32,000 nucleotides of DNA from Propionibacterium ruminifibrarum (GCF_900289195.1 NZ_OMOH01000001.1:298706-330705); one strand, 5' to 3'; numbered from the stretch's first letter, positions 1 through 9,945 are shown. A program made the numbers and translations. The notes: generated from the sequence alone by a model not told the origin.

Positions 1-380
1 GTGGACCCGGCGACCTCTGGCAACTCGGTGCCGGTCACGCGCGGCCAGAAGTAGCGGATCTGACGCAGGGCGGCCGAGTGGAAGGTGCGCGCCTGGACGC
101 GGGGGGCGCCGAGCGCGCGGAGTCTGGCCCGCATCTCACCGGCGGCCCGCGTCGTGAAGGTGACGGCCAGGATCGCCGAGGCCTTCTGCTGACCGGTGAG
201 CACGGCGTGCACGATGCGGTGCGTGATGGCGCGTGTCTTGCCGGTGCCGGCGCCAGCGATGACCGCGACGGGCCCGCCGATGGTCGTGGCGACCTGCCGC
301 TGCTCGGGATCGAGCCCGTTCAGGACGGACTCGTCGAGTTCGGCCGACGCGGATGCGCTGTCGAGCGGCTGACCATTCAT
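1..380 (-). CDS. uvrD2: UvrD2-like SF1 ATP-dependent DNA helicase, N-terminal about 126 codons (partial, continues beyond window start)
   Basis: Reverse-complement translation from ATG at 380 gives [110 protein letters not shown]. It has Walker A AGAGTGKT and motif Ia VTFT.RAAGEM, and the TFH.AA.RQ.RYFW block matches my memory of mycobacterial UvrD2. It is absent from the ORF track because it runs off the edge. Confidence 0.85.
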   Translation of the reverse strand, partial: MNGQPLDSASASAELDESVLNGLDPEQRQVATTIGGPVAVIAGAGTGKTRAITHRIVHAVLTGQQKASAILAVTFTTRAAGEMRARLRALGAPRVQARTFHSAALRQIRYFWPRVTGTELPEVAGS

Positions 381-387
381 GGTGGCA

Positions 388-409
388 ACCTTAGGACCGA
401 CCACCGGCA
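388..409 (-). promoter_or_regulatory. RecA-NDp (PafBC-type) DNA-damage promoter motif for uvrD2, leaderless geometry
   Basis: The minus strand reads TGCCGGTG-gtcggtcc-TAAGGT, then 7 nt (tgccacc), then the ATG at 380. There is one mismatch to the consensus tTGTCRgtg-8nt-TAnnnT. Confidence 0.6.
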
Positions 410-477
410 CGTTCATGTCCTGCCGGCGGTTGTCCACACCGGGCCGGCAGCGCCCACGTGGACACGGCGGCCCCAGG

Positions 478-499
478 TGTCGGTGCCGCTGCCTAAGGT
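478..499 (+). promoter_or_regulatory. RecA-NDp (PafBC-type) DNA-damage promoter motif for recCBD, leaderless geometry
   Basis: The plus strand reads TGTCGGTG-ccgctgcc-TAAGGT, then 7 nt (gttgacc), then the ATG at 507. This is a full match to tTGTCRgtg-8nt-TAnnnT. Confidence 0.65.
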
Positions 500-506
500 G
501 TTGACC

Positions 507-3500
507 ATGGCGTACACGCGAGCACCGGACGAGCCCGGCAGGGCAGTCGTCACCGCCTGCCGCTCCTGGGCCGACGTCTGCGCCCACGCCGGCGAGTTCC
601 TCGCCGCCCACGCAAACGATCCCTTCACCGTACCCGTGCTCGTCACTCCCGGTGCGGCCCACAGCCGCAGCATCGGGCAGTTCATCGCGGCGGCTCCGGA
701 TGGCCCACAGGTCTTCGCCGGTGTCGACACCATGACACCGGGCGGTCTGCGTGCCCGGTTCGAACACGACCTGCTCGGTCTTGACCCACAGTCCGATCCC
801 TGGCGTTCGAATGGTCTGGTCCTCCACGTCGCCTCGCTCATGCGCGACTGCGCCGCAGAACCCTGGTTCGCACTCGTCCAGCGGCACCTCGCGGGTCATC
901 CCGGGCCCGGCGAGGCACCCGGGCCGGCCCCCGGACGCCTCGTCGCCACCGCCGAGGACTACACCCGCCTGGTCCGCAGCTACCTGCGGCACTGCCCCGC
1001 CATGGTGCAGTCCTGGTCGCAGGGTTCCCTGGTCGATCCGCTCGGGGCACCACTGGCGGCCCATGACCAGTGGCAGGCCCTCTTGTGGCAACGTCTGGTG
1101 GCGACGATCGACTGGCCCCACCCTGGAGTGCGCCACGAACGGCTCTGCCGGGCCGTGCACGAGGCACGGGAGGACTCGCTGCCCACCGCACTGGGGTTCG
1201 CCTGCCTCGAGGCGCCCCCGCCGTCCGACGTCGAACTGCTCACCGCGCTGGCCGGGCGACGACCGGTCCGCATCTGGCAGCTGGGATCCCCGGACTGGGC
1301 GGCCACGGATCGGGCGGGATCGCTGCTGCGGCAGCGCTATGGCACGGCCCGCGCGCGAAGCTGGCAGGGCTGGCTCAGCGCCGCGGTGACCGTCCGTCCC
1401 CCCGCCGAGCCCGTCCGGGACCCCTCGACCATGCTGGAGGCGCTCAAGTACCAGCTGCACACCGGCCGCCGGCCCGTTGAGCCGGCCGAGCCCGATGGCT
1501 CGGTCAGCATCCACGTCAGCCACGGCCCGGACCGCCAGGTCGAGGTGCTCCGCGAGGCATTGTGCGACGCCTTCGACTCCGACCCGACGTTGCAGCCGCG
1601 TGACGTCGCCGTGCTGTGCACCGACTTGCCCGCCTACGCGCCGCTGCTCGAGGCGGCCCTCGGACCCGTCGACGCTCCCGGCCATCACCCCGGGCACGAT
1701 CTGCGGGCCCGCATCGCAGGCCCCTCGACGGAGCGGCAGAACCAGGTGCTCACCGTTCTCCTGACCCTGCTCGACCTGCCGGCCTCACGAGCCACGAGCA
1801 CCGACCTGATCGCGCTGGCCTCACTCGAGCCCGTCGCACGCACCTTCGGCTTCGATGCCGGGGCCCTGGAGCGGGTCGTGCGGCTCGTCGAGCGGTCACA
1901 GATCAGGTGGGGCGTCGACTCGCGTCACCGCGCGGCGCACGGGCTGCCCACCGTGCGCCAGGGCACCTGGGTCACCGGCACCGACCGGCTGCTCGCCGGC
2001 CTCATCGTTGCGGACGACCCACTCACCAGGCTCAACACCGTCGTCCCGGTCGACCACCTCAACGGTTCCGACGCGGACCTCATCGGCTCGATGGCCGAAC
2101 TGGTCTCACGGGTGCGCATGCACCTGCTGCGGTTCGAGGAGCCCGCCGACGTCGCCACATGGCGAGCCCGCCTGCTCCGCGCCGCAGCCGACCTGGCCGG
2201 GAACAGCCCCGACGACCAGTGGATGCTCAACCACCTCAGCAGCGCCCTGTCCGACCTGTCGTGCGCGGGTCGAGCCGGGTCCCGGCTCGACGCCGGTGAC
2301 ATCGCCGCGGCTCTGCGGCACCTCGTGAGGCCCCAGCGTGGGCGCGCCGACTACGGCGCCGGTTCCATGCTCATCTGCGGGCTCGGTGAGCTGCAGGCCA
2401 TCGACCACAAGGTGGTGGCCATCCTCGGTCTGGACGACGCCCACTTCCCGCCACGGTCAAGTACGACGGGCGACGACCTGCTCGCCCGCACCGCCGGCCG
2501 GGCCCGGGCGGACGGCGCGGACACCGCCCGGCAGCAGGTGCTCGACGCCATCGGCAGCGCCGGCGAGAAACTCCTCATCGTCGCCGCCGGCGCCGATCCG
2601 CGCACGGGCGAGACGCTGCCGCAACCGGTCGTCGTGGCCGACATCATCGCGGCCTGCACGGGCCGCGAGCCAGGCGCCGTGTGGGAGCAGGCGCACCGTC
2701 CCGATGCGGGGCGGTGGCCCAGCATGCTCCGCGTCCACCCGCTGCACGCCCATGCGGCAGACAATTTCGGCCCCGACCTGGCAGGTGGTGCGCCGAGTTT
2801 CGACGCGGCGGCCCTCTCCGGCGCCAGGGCCCGCAGCGAGCAGCGGCCCAGGCCCCGGCCGGAACGCATCTGGTCGATCCATGGCACGGCCCCTGACGAG
2901 TCGGCCCACGCGGTGAGCGTCGACGAGCTCGCCTCCTTCTTCCAGGACCCGATCCGGGCCTGGGCCGTTCACAGCTTCGGTTTCCTCCCCGGGTCCGCGG
3001 CCGATGAGACACCCACCGACCTGCCGATCGTCCTGGACGGCCTCGAGAACTGGGCGGTCAACGAGTCGATCACCGCGGCACTGGTCGCCGGTCAGTCCCC
3101 CGCGGCGGCCCTGGACGCGGCGCTGCTCGGCGGCCGGGTTCCTCCCGGCCGGCTCGGCACCACGATGCTCGGCAGCCGCCTGCCGGCCCTCGAGTCCTAC
3201 GCCTCTGCGGTACGGGCCCGGCTCACCGAACCGGCCGAACACGACGTGACGTGGCGCGAGGGCCCGTGGTCGGTTTCCGGCACCGTCAGCTCGTACGCCG
3301 GCCGGATCGTGCACCACCGCTACGCCCGACTCGGGGGCAGGCATGTCGCAGCCGCCTGGGTCGAGCTCGTCTGTGCCGCCGCTGCCGGCGCAGACGTGAG
3401 CGAGGCCCTTCTCCTCGGCAGGAGCGACCGCCTCAGGATCGGCGCTCCGAGCCCCGAGAGGGCGCGGGCGTTGCTGGGGCAGATGTGCCGCCTGCGTTTC

Positions 3501-3800
3501 ACCGGGCTCGGCGAGTTCCTGCCGATGCCCCCTGACACCTGCTTCGACTACGCCCGGCGGGCGAACCGGAACCCGCGCAGCGCCGCGGCCTTCCTGACGC
3601 GTGACTACGCCCGAGAACTCGAGTTCTCCCCGGTGCTGCGCTGGGTGGGGGCCTCCTGGCGCGACATCGAGGCCATCGGCTCTGAACCCGAGGACCCGCT
3701 CACCACCTCACCCAGCCGGTTCGTCAACCTCGCCCGCTGGTTCTACGGCCCGGTGGCGGCTTCCCTGCGCACGTGGGATCCTGGGGCCCGCCATGACTGA
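507..3800 (+). CDS. recC: Exodeoxyribonuclease V gamma subunit RecC (1097 aa)
   Basis: ORF 78..3800 trimmed to ATG 507, because the 78-506 extension is antisense to uvrD2. RecC-like blocks are [25 protein letters not shown] and [53 protein letters not shown] (compare E. coli RecC HSCHSPQREVEVLHD..DPTLTPRDIIVM). It lies directly upstream of recB and recD. Confidence 0.9.
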   Translation: MAYTRAPDEPGRAVVTACRSWADVCAHAGEFLAAHANDPFTVPVLVTPGAAHSRSIGQFIAAAPDGPQVFAGVDTMTPGGLRARFEHDLLGLDPQSDPWRSNGLVLHVASLMRDCAAEPWFALVQRHLAGHPGPGEAPGPAPGRLVATAEDYTRLVRSYLRHCPAMVQSWSQGSLVDPLGAPLAAHDQWQALLWQRLVATIDWPHPGVRHERLCRAVHEAREDSLPTALGFACLEAPPPSDVELLTALAGRRPVRIWQLGSPDWAATDRAGSLLRQRYGTARARSWQGWLSAAVTVRPPAEPVRDPSTMLEALKYQLHTGRRPVEPAEPDGSVSIHVSHGPDRQVEVLREALCDAFDSDPTLQPRDVAVLCTDLPAYAPLLEAALGPVDAPGHHPGHDLRARIAGPSTERQNQVLTVLLTLLDLPASRATSTDLIALASLEPVARTFGFDAGALERVVRLVERSQIRWGVDSRHRAAHGLPTVRQGTWVTGTDRLLAGLIVADDPLTRLNTVVPVDHLNGSDADLIGSMAELVSRVRMHLLRFEEPADVATWRARLLRAAADLAGNSPDDQWMLNHLSSALSDLSCAGRAGSRLDAGDIAAALRHLVRPQRGRADYGAGSMLICGLGELQAIDHKVVAILGLDDAHFPPRSSTTGDDLLARTAGRARADGADTARQQVLDAIGSAGEKLLIVAAGADPRTGETLPQPVVVADIIAACTGREPGAVWEQAHRPDAGRWPSMLRVHPLHAHAADNFGPDLAGGAPSFDAAALSGARARSEQRPRPRPERIWSIHGTAPDESAHAVSVDELASFFQDPIRAWAVHSFGFLPGSAADETPTDLPIVLDGLENWAVNESITAALVAGQSPAAALDAALLGGRVPPGRLGTTMLGSRLPALESYASAVRARLTEPAEHDVTWREGPWSVSGTVSSYAGRIVHHRYARLGGRHVAAAWVELVCAAAAGADVSEALLLGRSDRLRIGAPSPERARALLGQMCRLRFTGLGEFLPMPPDTCFDYARRANRNPRSAAAFLTRDYARELEFSPVLRWVGASWRDIEAIGSEPEDPLTTSPSRFVNLARWFYGPVAASLRTWDPGARHD

Positions 3801-6800
3801 CCCGTCCTCCCCCGCCCCGGTGTTCGACCCGACCGCCGACCTGCCCGAGGGCACCACCGTTCTCGAAGCCAGCGCCGGCACCGGGAAGACCTATACGATC
3901 GCTGCTGCGACCGCGCGGTTCGTCGCCCTGGGCCAGGGCGGCATCGACCGCATCATGCTGGTCACCTTCGCCCGTTCGGCGTCTCTCGAGCTGCGCTCGC
4001 GGGTCTACGAGCGGCTGCAGTCCAGTGAACGCGTTCTCGGGCAGGCCACGGCCGGGACGAGGCCTGAGGGTCTCGATCCGGTCGACGCCCAGCTGTGCGT
4101 GGGACCGGCCGACGAGCTGGCACGGCGGCACGCGCGCCTCCGCCAGGCACTCGCCGACTTCGACCGGGCCGTCATCGCCACGACCCATGAGTTCTGCGCA
4201 CGCCTGCTCGAGGAACTGGGAATGCTCGTCGACCACGACGGGGCCATGCGCTTCATGAGGGACATGACCGCCCTGCGGTCACAGGTCATCGACGACGCCT
4301 ACCTGGCTCGTGCCGTCGCCGGCGACACGCAGCTCAGTCACGAGCAGGCCCGCGTCATCGGTGCGGCGGCACTGACGCACCCCGGTCTGCCGCTCCTGCC
4401 CGGGCCGGGCGAATCCCCCGATGAGCAGGACCGTCTGGCCTTCGCCGCCGACGTCCGGGCCCGGATGGCCCGCCGCCGACGCGCGATGGGGGTCTACGGT
4501 TACGACGACATGGTGCAGCGAGTCAGCGACGCCCTCGACGATCCCCGCACCGGCGAACTGGCCGCCCGAACACTCGCCGCACGGTTCGACCTGGTGATGG
4601 TGGACGAGTTCCAGGACACCGACCCGCTGCAGTGGCGCATCCTCGAACGGGCCTTCCACCACCGCACCCGCCTGGTCGTCATCGGCGACCCCAAGCAGGC
4701 CATCTACGGTTTCCGCGGCGCCGACCTGCAGGCCTATCTGGACGCCCGGGACCGCGCGGACCGCCGCTTCACCCTCAACCACAACCACCGCAGCGACGCC
4801 CGCGTGGTCGACGGCATCGCCCAGCTCTTCGGCCGGGCATCGCTGGGTGGCCCCGGCCAGGCGATCGGTCTGACACCGGTCACGAGTTCGGGCCGGACGT
4901 GCCGTGTCTGGCTCGACGACGCCACCAACGCACCGGGGGTGTACGTGCGGGCGATCGCCCCCGACCAGGAGCTGCCCGCGGCCGACGCGCGCAAGGCGGT
5001 CGCCGCCGACCTGGTGCGCGAATTCATCAACCTGCTCGCCCGCGGCCGAATCGACGACCACGGCACCGTCCGCAACGTCCGCGCAGCCGATCTGGCCGTC
5101 CTGGTGCGCAGCAGGAGGGTCGGCGACCAGGTGCGCCGGGCACTGACCGGGGCCGGTGTTCCCGCGGTCTTCACCGGTGGGGAGACCATCTTCGGTTCCG
5201 CGGGCGCCAGGGACTGGCTGTGCCTGCTCGAGGCCATGTGCGATCCGCGTCCTGCACGGCTGTTCGAGCTGTCCCTGACCGCACTGGTCGGCTGGTCCCC
5301 GGGACGTCTGGCGCACGCCAGTGACGAGGCCCGCAACCACGTGCTCATCCTGGTCACCTCGCTGCGCGAGTGCATGGCGGAGACGGGCCCTCTCGGTGTC
5401 CTCGAGCGGCTGTGCGCCCAGCAGGACGACGGGCGGCCCGGGCTCCTGGCACGGCTGCTCGCCGACGACCGCGACGGTGAGCGCGCCTACACCGATCTTC
5501 GCCACGTCGCCGAGTTGCTCGAGTACGAGCGGCGTCACTCGGGGCGTGACCTCGTGGGTCTGCGCGACTGGTTGGCGCACTCGATCCGCGAGGACGCCGA
5601 ACACGGCGACGACGACGCCGTGCGCCGTCTCGAGACCGACCGCGGTGCGGTCACGATCATGACGATCCACAAGGCCAAGGGCCTGCAGTTCCCGGTGGTG
5701 GCCCTCCCCGACATGGCGAACAAGTACATCGGTCAGGACACGGCGGACCGTCTCGGCCGCGTGCTGGTTCACTCCGGCGGGGTCCTCGGCCTCGATCTGT
5801 TCGGGGACAGGTCGGCCGAACGTCACCGGACGAAGGTCGCCGAGGAGCAGGGCGAGGACGTGCGGCTGCTCTACGTGGCGGCGACCCGCGCCCAGAGCCG
5901 CCTCATCGCCTGGTGGACCCGCACGAGGCACAACACCTCGCGTTCGGCCCTGCACCGTCTGCTGATGAACCCCGCCGGAAACCACGAGCTGGCCTCCTCG
6001 TACCCGGTCGGGGCCGACGTCGAACGGTCCTGCGCCGGCCGCGACCTGGTGCGGCTGATGGTCGTGCCGCGCCCCTCGGGCACGCCCGAGGCCCCGATGC
6101 CGGCCGCCGCCCCGCCCCGGCTCGTCGGACGCACATTCACCGGCGGCATCGACCACGCGTGGTCCCGCACCTCGTACTCGGGTCTGGTGGCCGGCCTCCA
6201 CGGCGCACCCGGCGGGCTGATCGGGTTCGACGAGAACGATACCGATGACGAGCCCAGCCTCGGCGGGGACGTCGGCGCGCAGGTCGCGGGCTCGGCGCCC
6301 TCCGAGGGCACCACGCCCCTGTCGGAGTTGCCGGGGGGCACCCAGTTCGGCTCGCTGGTGCACTCGGTCCTCGAGATCGTCGACCCGGCCGGCCCGCGCC
6401 TGGCCGAACGCGTCCTGGCGGCGACCCGCCAGATGCTCACCCGGTGGCCGATCGAGGGGGTCTCGGCGGATCAGCTGTCGCAGGGCCTGCAGATCGTCCT
6501 GGGCACGCCTCTCGGTGACCTCACGGGCGGGGCGAGCCTGTCCCACATCGGCGCGGTGAACCGCCTCGCAGAGCTGAGTTTCGACATTCCCCTCGGATCG
6601 GTGACCGGTTCCCGGGAGCTCGGGGCGATCGCCGAGCTGTGGAACGACCGCTCCCTCGTCCCCGCCGACGACCCCCTGGTCGACTACGGCCAGGCGCTGG
6701 CGAACAGCGGCGCCGCCCACACCGTCCTGCGCGGCTTCCTCACCGGATCGATCGACGCCGTGCTGCGGCTCCCGCCGGCCGGCGAGAGCACCGAACCGGG

Positions 6801-7194
6801 CAGGCCCGTCGAGAGCAGGCGGGCGCGTTACGCGGTCATCGACTACAAGACGAACCGCATCCCCACCCCTCCTCACGTCCGGTTGGGCCCGCACGCCTAC
6901 ACCCCCGCAGCCATGACGAGAACGATGATCGAGGCCCACTACCCGCTGCAGGCGCTGCTGTACTGCGTCGGCCTGCACCGGTACCTGAACTGGCGGCTGC
7001 CCGGGTACGACCCGCAGCAGCACCTCGCCGGTGTCGGGTACCTCTTCCTTCGGGGCATGGCCGGCCCCGAGGGCCCGGCCCAGGCCCTCATGCCGCCGGG
7101 CGTCTTCGTGTGGCACCCCAGCGCCGCTCTCGTCGAGGCGGCCTCGCAGGTCCTCGCCGGCGGCCGGCAGACCAGGGGTGGTGGTGAGGCGTGA
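3793..7194 (+). CDS. recB: Exodeoxyribonuclease V beta subunit RecB, helicase-nuclease (1133 aa)
   Basis: ATG 3793 overlaps the recC stop (ATGACTGA). Motifs are Walker A EASAGTGKTYTIA, MVDEFQDTDPLQW, GDPKQAIYGFRGAD and TIHKAKGLQFPVV. The C-terminal RecB nuclease has GSIDAV..VIDYKTNRI..YPLQALLYCVGLHRYL. Confidence 0.93.
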   Translation: MTDPSSPAPVFDPTADLPEGTTVLEASAGTGKTYTIAAATARFVALGQGGIDRIMLVTFARSASLELRSRVYERLQSSERVLGQATAGTRPEGLDPVDAQLCVGPADELARRHARLRQALADFDRAVIATTHEFCARLLEELGMLVDHDGAMRFMRDMTALRSQVIDDAYLARAVAGDTQLSHEQARVIGAAALTHPGLPLLPGPGESPDEQDRLAFAADVRARMARRRRAMGVYGYDDMVQRVSDALDDPRTGELAARTLAARFDLVMVDEFQDTDPLQWRILERAFHHRTRLVVIGDPKQAIYGFRGADLQAYLDARDRADRRFTLNHNHRSDARVVDGIAQLFGRASLGGPGQAIGLTPVTSSGRTCRVWLDDATNAPGVYVRAIAPDQELPAADARKAVAADLVREFINLLARGRIDDHGTVRNVRAADLAVLVRSRRVGDQVRRALTGAGVPAVFTGGETIFGSAGARDWLCLLEAMCDPRPARLFELSLTALVGWSPGRLAHASDEARNHVLILVTSLRECMAETGPLGVLERLCAQQDDGRPGLLARLLADDRDGERAYTDLRHVAELLEYERRHSGRDLVGLRDWLAHSIREDAEHGDDDAVRRLETDRGAVTIMTIHKAKGLQFPVVALPDMANKYIGQDTADRLGRVLVHSGGVLGLDLFGDRSAERHRTKVAEEQGEDVRLLYVAATRAQSRLIAWWTRTRHNTSRSALHRLLMNPAGNHELASSYPVGADVERSCAGRDLVRLMVVPRPSGTPEAPMPAAAPPRLVGRTFTGGIDHAWSRTSYSGLVAGLHGAPGGLIGFDENDTDDEPSLGGDVGAQVAGSAPSEGTTPLSELPGGTQFGSLVHSVLEIVDPAGPRLAERVLAATRQMLTRWPIEGVSADQLSQGLQIVLGTPLGDLTGGASLSHIGAVNRLAELSFDIPLGSVTGSRELGAIAELWNDRSLVPADDPLVDYGQALANSGAAHTVLRGFLTGSIDAVLRLPPAGESTEPGRPVESRRARYAVIDYKTNRIPTPPHVRLGPHAYTPAAMTRTMIEAHYPLQALLYCVGLHRYLNWRLPGYDPQQHLAGVGYLFLRGMAGPEGPAQALMPPGVFVWHPSAALVEAASQVLAGGRQTRGGGEA

Positions 7195-8999
7195 GTGTCG
7201 CCGACGGTCGTGTCGTCTCGGCCAGGGACGACCTCGCCCGGTTCAACGAGGCAGGTCTGCTCGAGGCACCCGACATCCACACCGCCCAGCTGATCGCCCG
7301 CACAGCCGGTGAGCGCAACCCGATGGCGCTGCTCGGCGCCGCGCTCGCCATGCGTGCGCTGCGCGCCGGCTCGGTCTGCCTGCCGATCCGGCAGGTCCAC
7401 CGTCTGGCCCAGTTCTTCGTCCGCGACGCCGACGCCCAGGCCGGCATCGCACCCGAGCTCGACGCGCTCCCCTGGCCCGGGGCCGACGAGTGGCTCGACG
7501 CGCTGGCCGGCTCGCCTCTCGTGGGCGACGAGCACGCCCCGGCCAACGAGCATCCGCTCCGTCTCGTGGACGAGGCCCTCTACCTCGAACGGCACTGGCA
7601 GGACCAGGAATCGATCACGCGGATCCTGCTCGGCAGGTGCGGGCCCTTCCCCGGTGTCGACGGGCAGGTGCTCGAACAGAGCCTGGCCTGGGGATCGGGG
7701 CGGTCCGACCGGCGCGACGAGGCCCAGCGCCGCGCGGTGCGCACGGCCATCGGCGCCCGCACGACGGTCATCTGCGGCGGCCCGGGTACCGGCAAGACGA
7801 CGACGATCTCTCGCGTGGTCGCCGCCGCAAGGGATCAGGCCGAGGCCTCCGGGACGCCGCTGCGCATCGCGCTGGCGGCGCCCACGGGCAAGGCCGCCGC
7901 CCGGCTGAGTGAGTCGCTCGAGGAGCACGCCCGCGAGTTCGGCGGCCGGGCTCCGGCCGCGACGACCCTGCACCGCCTGCTCGGGGTCCGCCCCGACCGT
8001 GCCCCTCGCTTCGGCCCCGGCCATCGGCTCCCCTTCGACATGGTGATCGTCGACGAGATGTCGATGGTCTCCCTCGAACTCATGGCACGCCTGCTCGAGG
8101 CGCTCGGCCCGGACACCCGCCTGGTCATGGTGGGCGACCCGGATCAGCTGACCCCGGTCGACGCCGGCGCCGTGCTCGCCGACATCACCGCGGCGGGACT
8201 GCCCGGACCGGAACCGGGCCTGCCGGGCGTCGTCGTCCTCGATCACGGCTACCGTTTCACGAGCGGCATCTCCGACATCGCCCGGGCGATCAGGGACGGC
8301 GACCCGGACCGCACCCTTGAGCTGCTGGCCGGCACGGACCGTGTCGAGTTCCATGACCAGGACGCCGCCGAACTCGATCTGGAGGCGACGCTTTCGCTGC
8401 GCACGGCGCTCGTCGACCAGGCGCTCGCCACGACACGGGCCGCCCGGGAGGGCCGTGCGGAGGCGGCCACCGAGGCGCTCGGGGCCCACCGCCTGCTCTG
8501 CGCGCACCGCACCGGCCCGTACGGCGTCACCACGTGGGGTGCCGCGGCTGAACGCCTGCAACGCGCCGCAGCCGGTCAGCTCGGCTCGGGCGCGTGGTAC
8601 GACGGCAGGCCGCTGCTGGCCACCAGGAACCTCCCCGAGCTGGGCATCAGCAATGGGGACACCGGCGTCGTCATCACGACGGACCGGGGCAGGCGCGCGG
8701 CGATGAGCAACCACCGCACCTACCCGGCCTACGTGCTGGAGGACGTCGAGACGATGTACGCCATGACGGTGCACAAGTCCCAGGGGAGCCAGTTCGACAA
8801 CGTCACTCTCGTCCTGCCCTCGCCCGACTCGCCCCTGCTCACGAGAAGTCTCCTCTACACGGCCGTGACGAGGGCCAGGACCGGTGTGCGCATCATCGGC
8901 CCGGCGGCCTCGGTCCGGGTCGCCGTCACCACGGAGGCGCAACGGGCGTCGGGGCTGACCGCGCGACTGTCGAGAGCCCCCGGGTGGCGCGGCCGCTGA
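7191..8999 (+). CDS. recD: Exodeoxyribonuclease V alpha subunit RecD (602 aa)
   Basis: GTG 7191 overlaps the recB stop (GTGA). Motifs are Walker A ICGGPGTGKTTTI, MVIVDEMSMV, VGDPDQLTPV, AMTVHKSQGSQFDNV and LLYTAVTRAR. Confidence 0.92.
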   Translation: MSVADGRVVSARDDLARFNEAGLLEAPDIHTAQLIARTAGERNPMALLGAALAMRALRAGSVCLPIRQVHRLAQFFVRDADAQAGIAPELDALPWPGADEWLDALAGSPLVGDEHAPANEHPLRLVDEALYLERHWQDQESITRILLGRCGPFPGVDGQVLEQSLAWGSGRSDRRDEAQRRAVRTAIGARTTVICGGPGTGKTTTISRVVAAARDQAEASGTPLRIALAAPTGKAAARLSESLEEHAREFGGRAPAATTLHRLLGVRPDRAPRFGPGHRLPFDMVIVDEMSMVSLELMARLLEALGPDTRLVMVGDPDQLTPVDAGAVLADITAAGLPGPEPGLPGVVVLDHGYRFTSGISDIARAIRDGDPDRTLELLAGTDRVEFHDQDAAELDLEATLSLRTALVDQALATTRAAREGRAEAATEALGAHRLLCAHRTGPYGVTTWGAAAERLQRAAAGQLGSGAWYDGRPLLATRNLPELGISNGDTGVVITTDRGRRAAMSNHRTYPAYVLEDVETMYAMTVHKSQGSQFDNVTLVLPSPDSPLLTRSLLYTAVTRARTGVRIIGPAASVRVAVTTEAQRASGLTARLSRAPGWRGR

Positions 9000-9010
9000 C
9001 CAGGGGCCGT

Positions 9011-9919
9011 TCAGCCCTCGGGGCCGGGCAGCCGGTCCTCCAGCCATGCCCGGATGAGGTGGTGGCCGACCGAGGCACCGGGCGGCAGCACGAGTGACCC
9101 GGCCTCGGTGAGGCGGGTCACCTCGGTGCGGGTGTACCAGCCGCCCCACGAGAGCTCCTGGCCGTCGACCCTGCCCGGGGAGTCGCTGCGCGCGACGAAA
9201 CTGAGCATGAGCGAACGCGGCATGGGCCACGGCTGGCTGCCGAGGTAGCGCAGGGCGGCGATGCGGAGTCTGGCCTCCTCGGCGATCTCGCGGTGAACGG
9301 CCTGCTCCACGGTCTCGCCGGCCTCGACGAAACCCGCCAGCACCGAGACGCGACCCTGCTCCCAGGTGCCCTGGTGCGCGAGGAAGAGTCGGTTGTCATG
9401 ATCGAGCACCGCGCAGATGATGGCGGGATCGGTGCGGGGGAAGGTCTCGTAGCCGCACTGGGAGCACACCGCGGCGAACCCGCCCCGCGTGCGCAGCAGC
9501 TCTCCCCCGCAGCGGACGCAGCGGCGGGTCGTGCGGACCCAGTTGAGGATGGCCTGGGCGGCGCTGGCGACCTCGCGTTCGCCCGGGGTGAGCCTGGCGC
9601 TGCGAAGCACCGCCGTGTAGGGACCGGCGTCCCGCCGGGCGAACCACGGGTGACCGTCGAAGCGACCGAGGAAGACGTCGTCATCGCCGGGGACATCACC
9701 GTCGGCCGCGGTGACGGGCCGGCCGAAGGGATCATCGTTGAAGCGACCCTCGTCGTCGAGGCAGATGAGGCGGGCCCCCGGCTCGCGCCAGGCCTGCTCG
9801 ATCAGCTGCGCGTCCTCACGGACGCCGGAGGCATGGTCCAGGCTCGGCGGACCGCCCCACGCCGCGAGATCCCACATGTACGGGTCGCGGCCGGCATCGA
9901 GATCCTGGCTGAGTCTCAT
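9011..9919 (-). CDS. nudC: NADH pyrophosphatase / NAD-cap decapping Nudix hydrolase NudC (302 aa)
   Basis: Zn ribbon CVRCGGELLRTRGGFAAVCSQCG, Nudix box GFVEAGETVEQAVHREIAEEARL, and NudC-type SQPWPMPRSLMLSF. ATG 9919 is preferred because the track start 9928 is a TTG. It begins 26 nt after the adnB stop, so it is probably co-transcribed. Confidence 0.88.
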   Translation of the reverse strand: MRLSQDLDAGRDPYMWDLAAWGGPPSLDHASGVREDAQLIEQAWREPGARLICLDDEGRFNDDPFGRPVTAADGDVPGDDDVFLGRFDGHPWFARRDAGPYTAVLRSARLTPGEREVASAAQAILNWVRTTRRCVRCGGELLRTRGGFAAVCSQCGYETFPRTDPAIICAVLDHDNRLFLAHQGTWEQGRVSVLAGFVEAGETVEQAVHREIAEEARLRIAALRYLGSQPWPMPRSLMLSFVARSDSPGRVDGQELSWGGWYTRTEVTRLTEAGSLVLPPGASVGHHLIRAWLEDRLPGPEG

Positions 9920-9945
9920 GGGAGTCAAAACTAACGCACAGCCGA

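Noticed and set aside
78-506. N-terminal 143-codon extension of the recC ORF (track start 78)
   Set aside because: It is antisense to the well-supported uvrD2 N-terminus (Walker A and related motifs) and would run through the divergent promoter region. It is Arg/Gly/Asp-rich with no RecC similarity. ATG 507 fits the promoter geometry.
381-506. LexA SOS box (TCGAAC-N4-GTTCGA type) upstream of uvrD2/recC; also checked upstream of adnA
   Set aside because: Only isolated half-site-like strings occur, and those lie inside coding regions (for example ttcgaac near 757). None lies in the promoter gaps.
4279-9230. Very long antisense ORFs (4279..7116, 945 aa; 6939..9230, 763 aa) opposite recB and recD
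   Set aside because: They are typical high-GC open-frame artefacts. They lie opposite genes with complete helicase/nuclease motif sets, have extreme Arg/Gly/Ala/Pro/Val composition and contain no recognisable domains. The same reasoning applies to the many 60-300 aa overlapping ORFs across the window.
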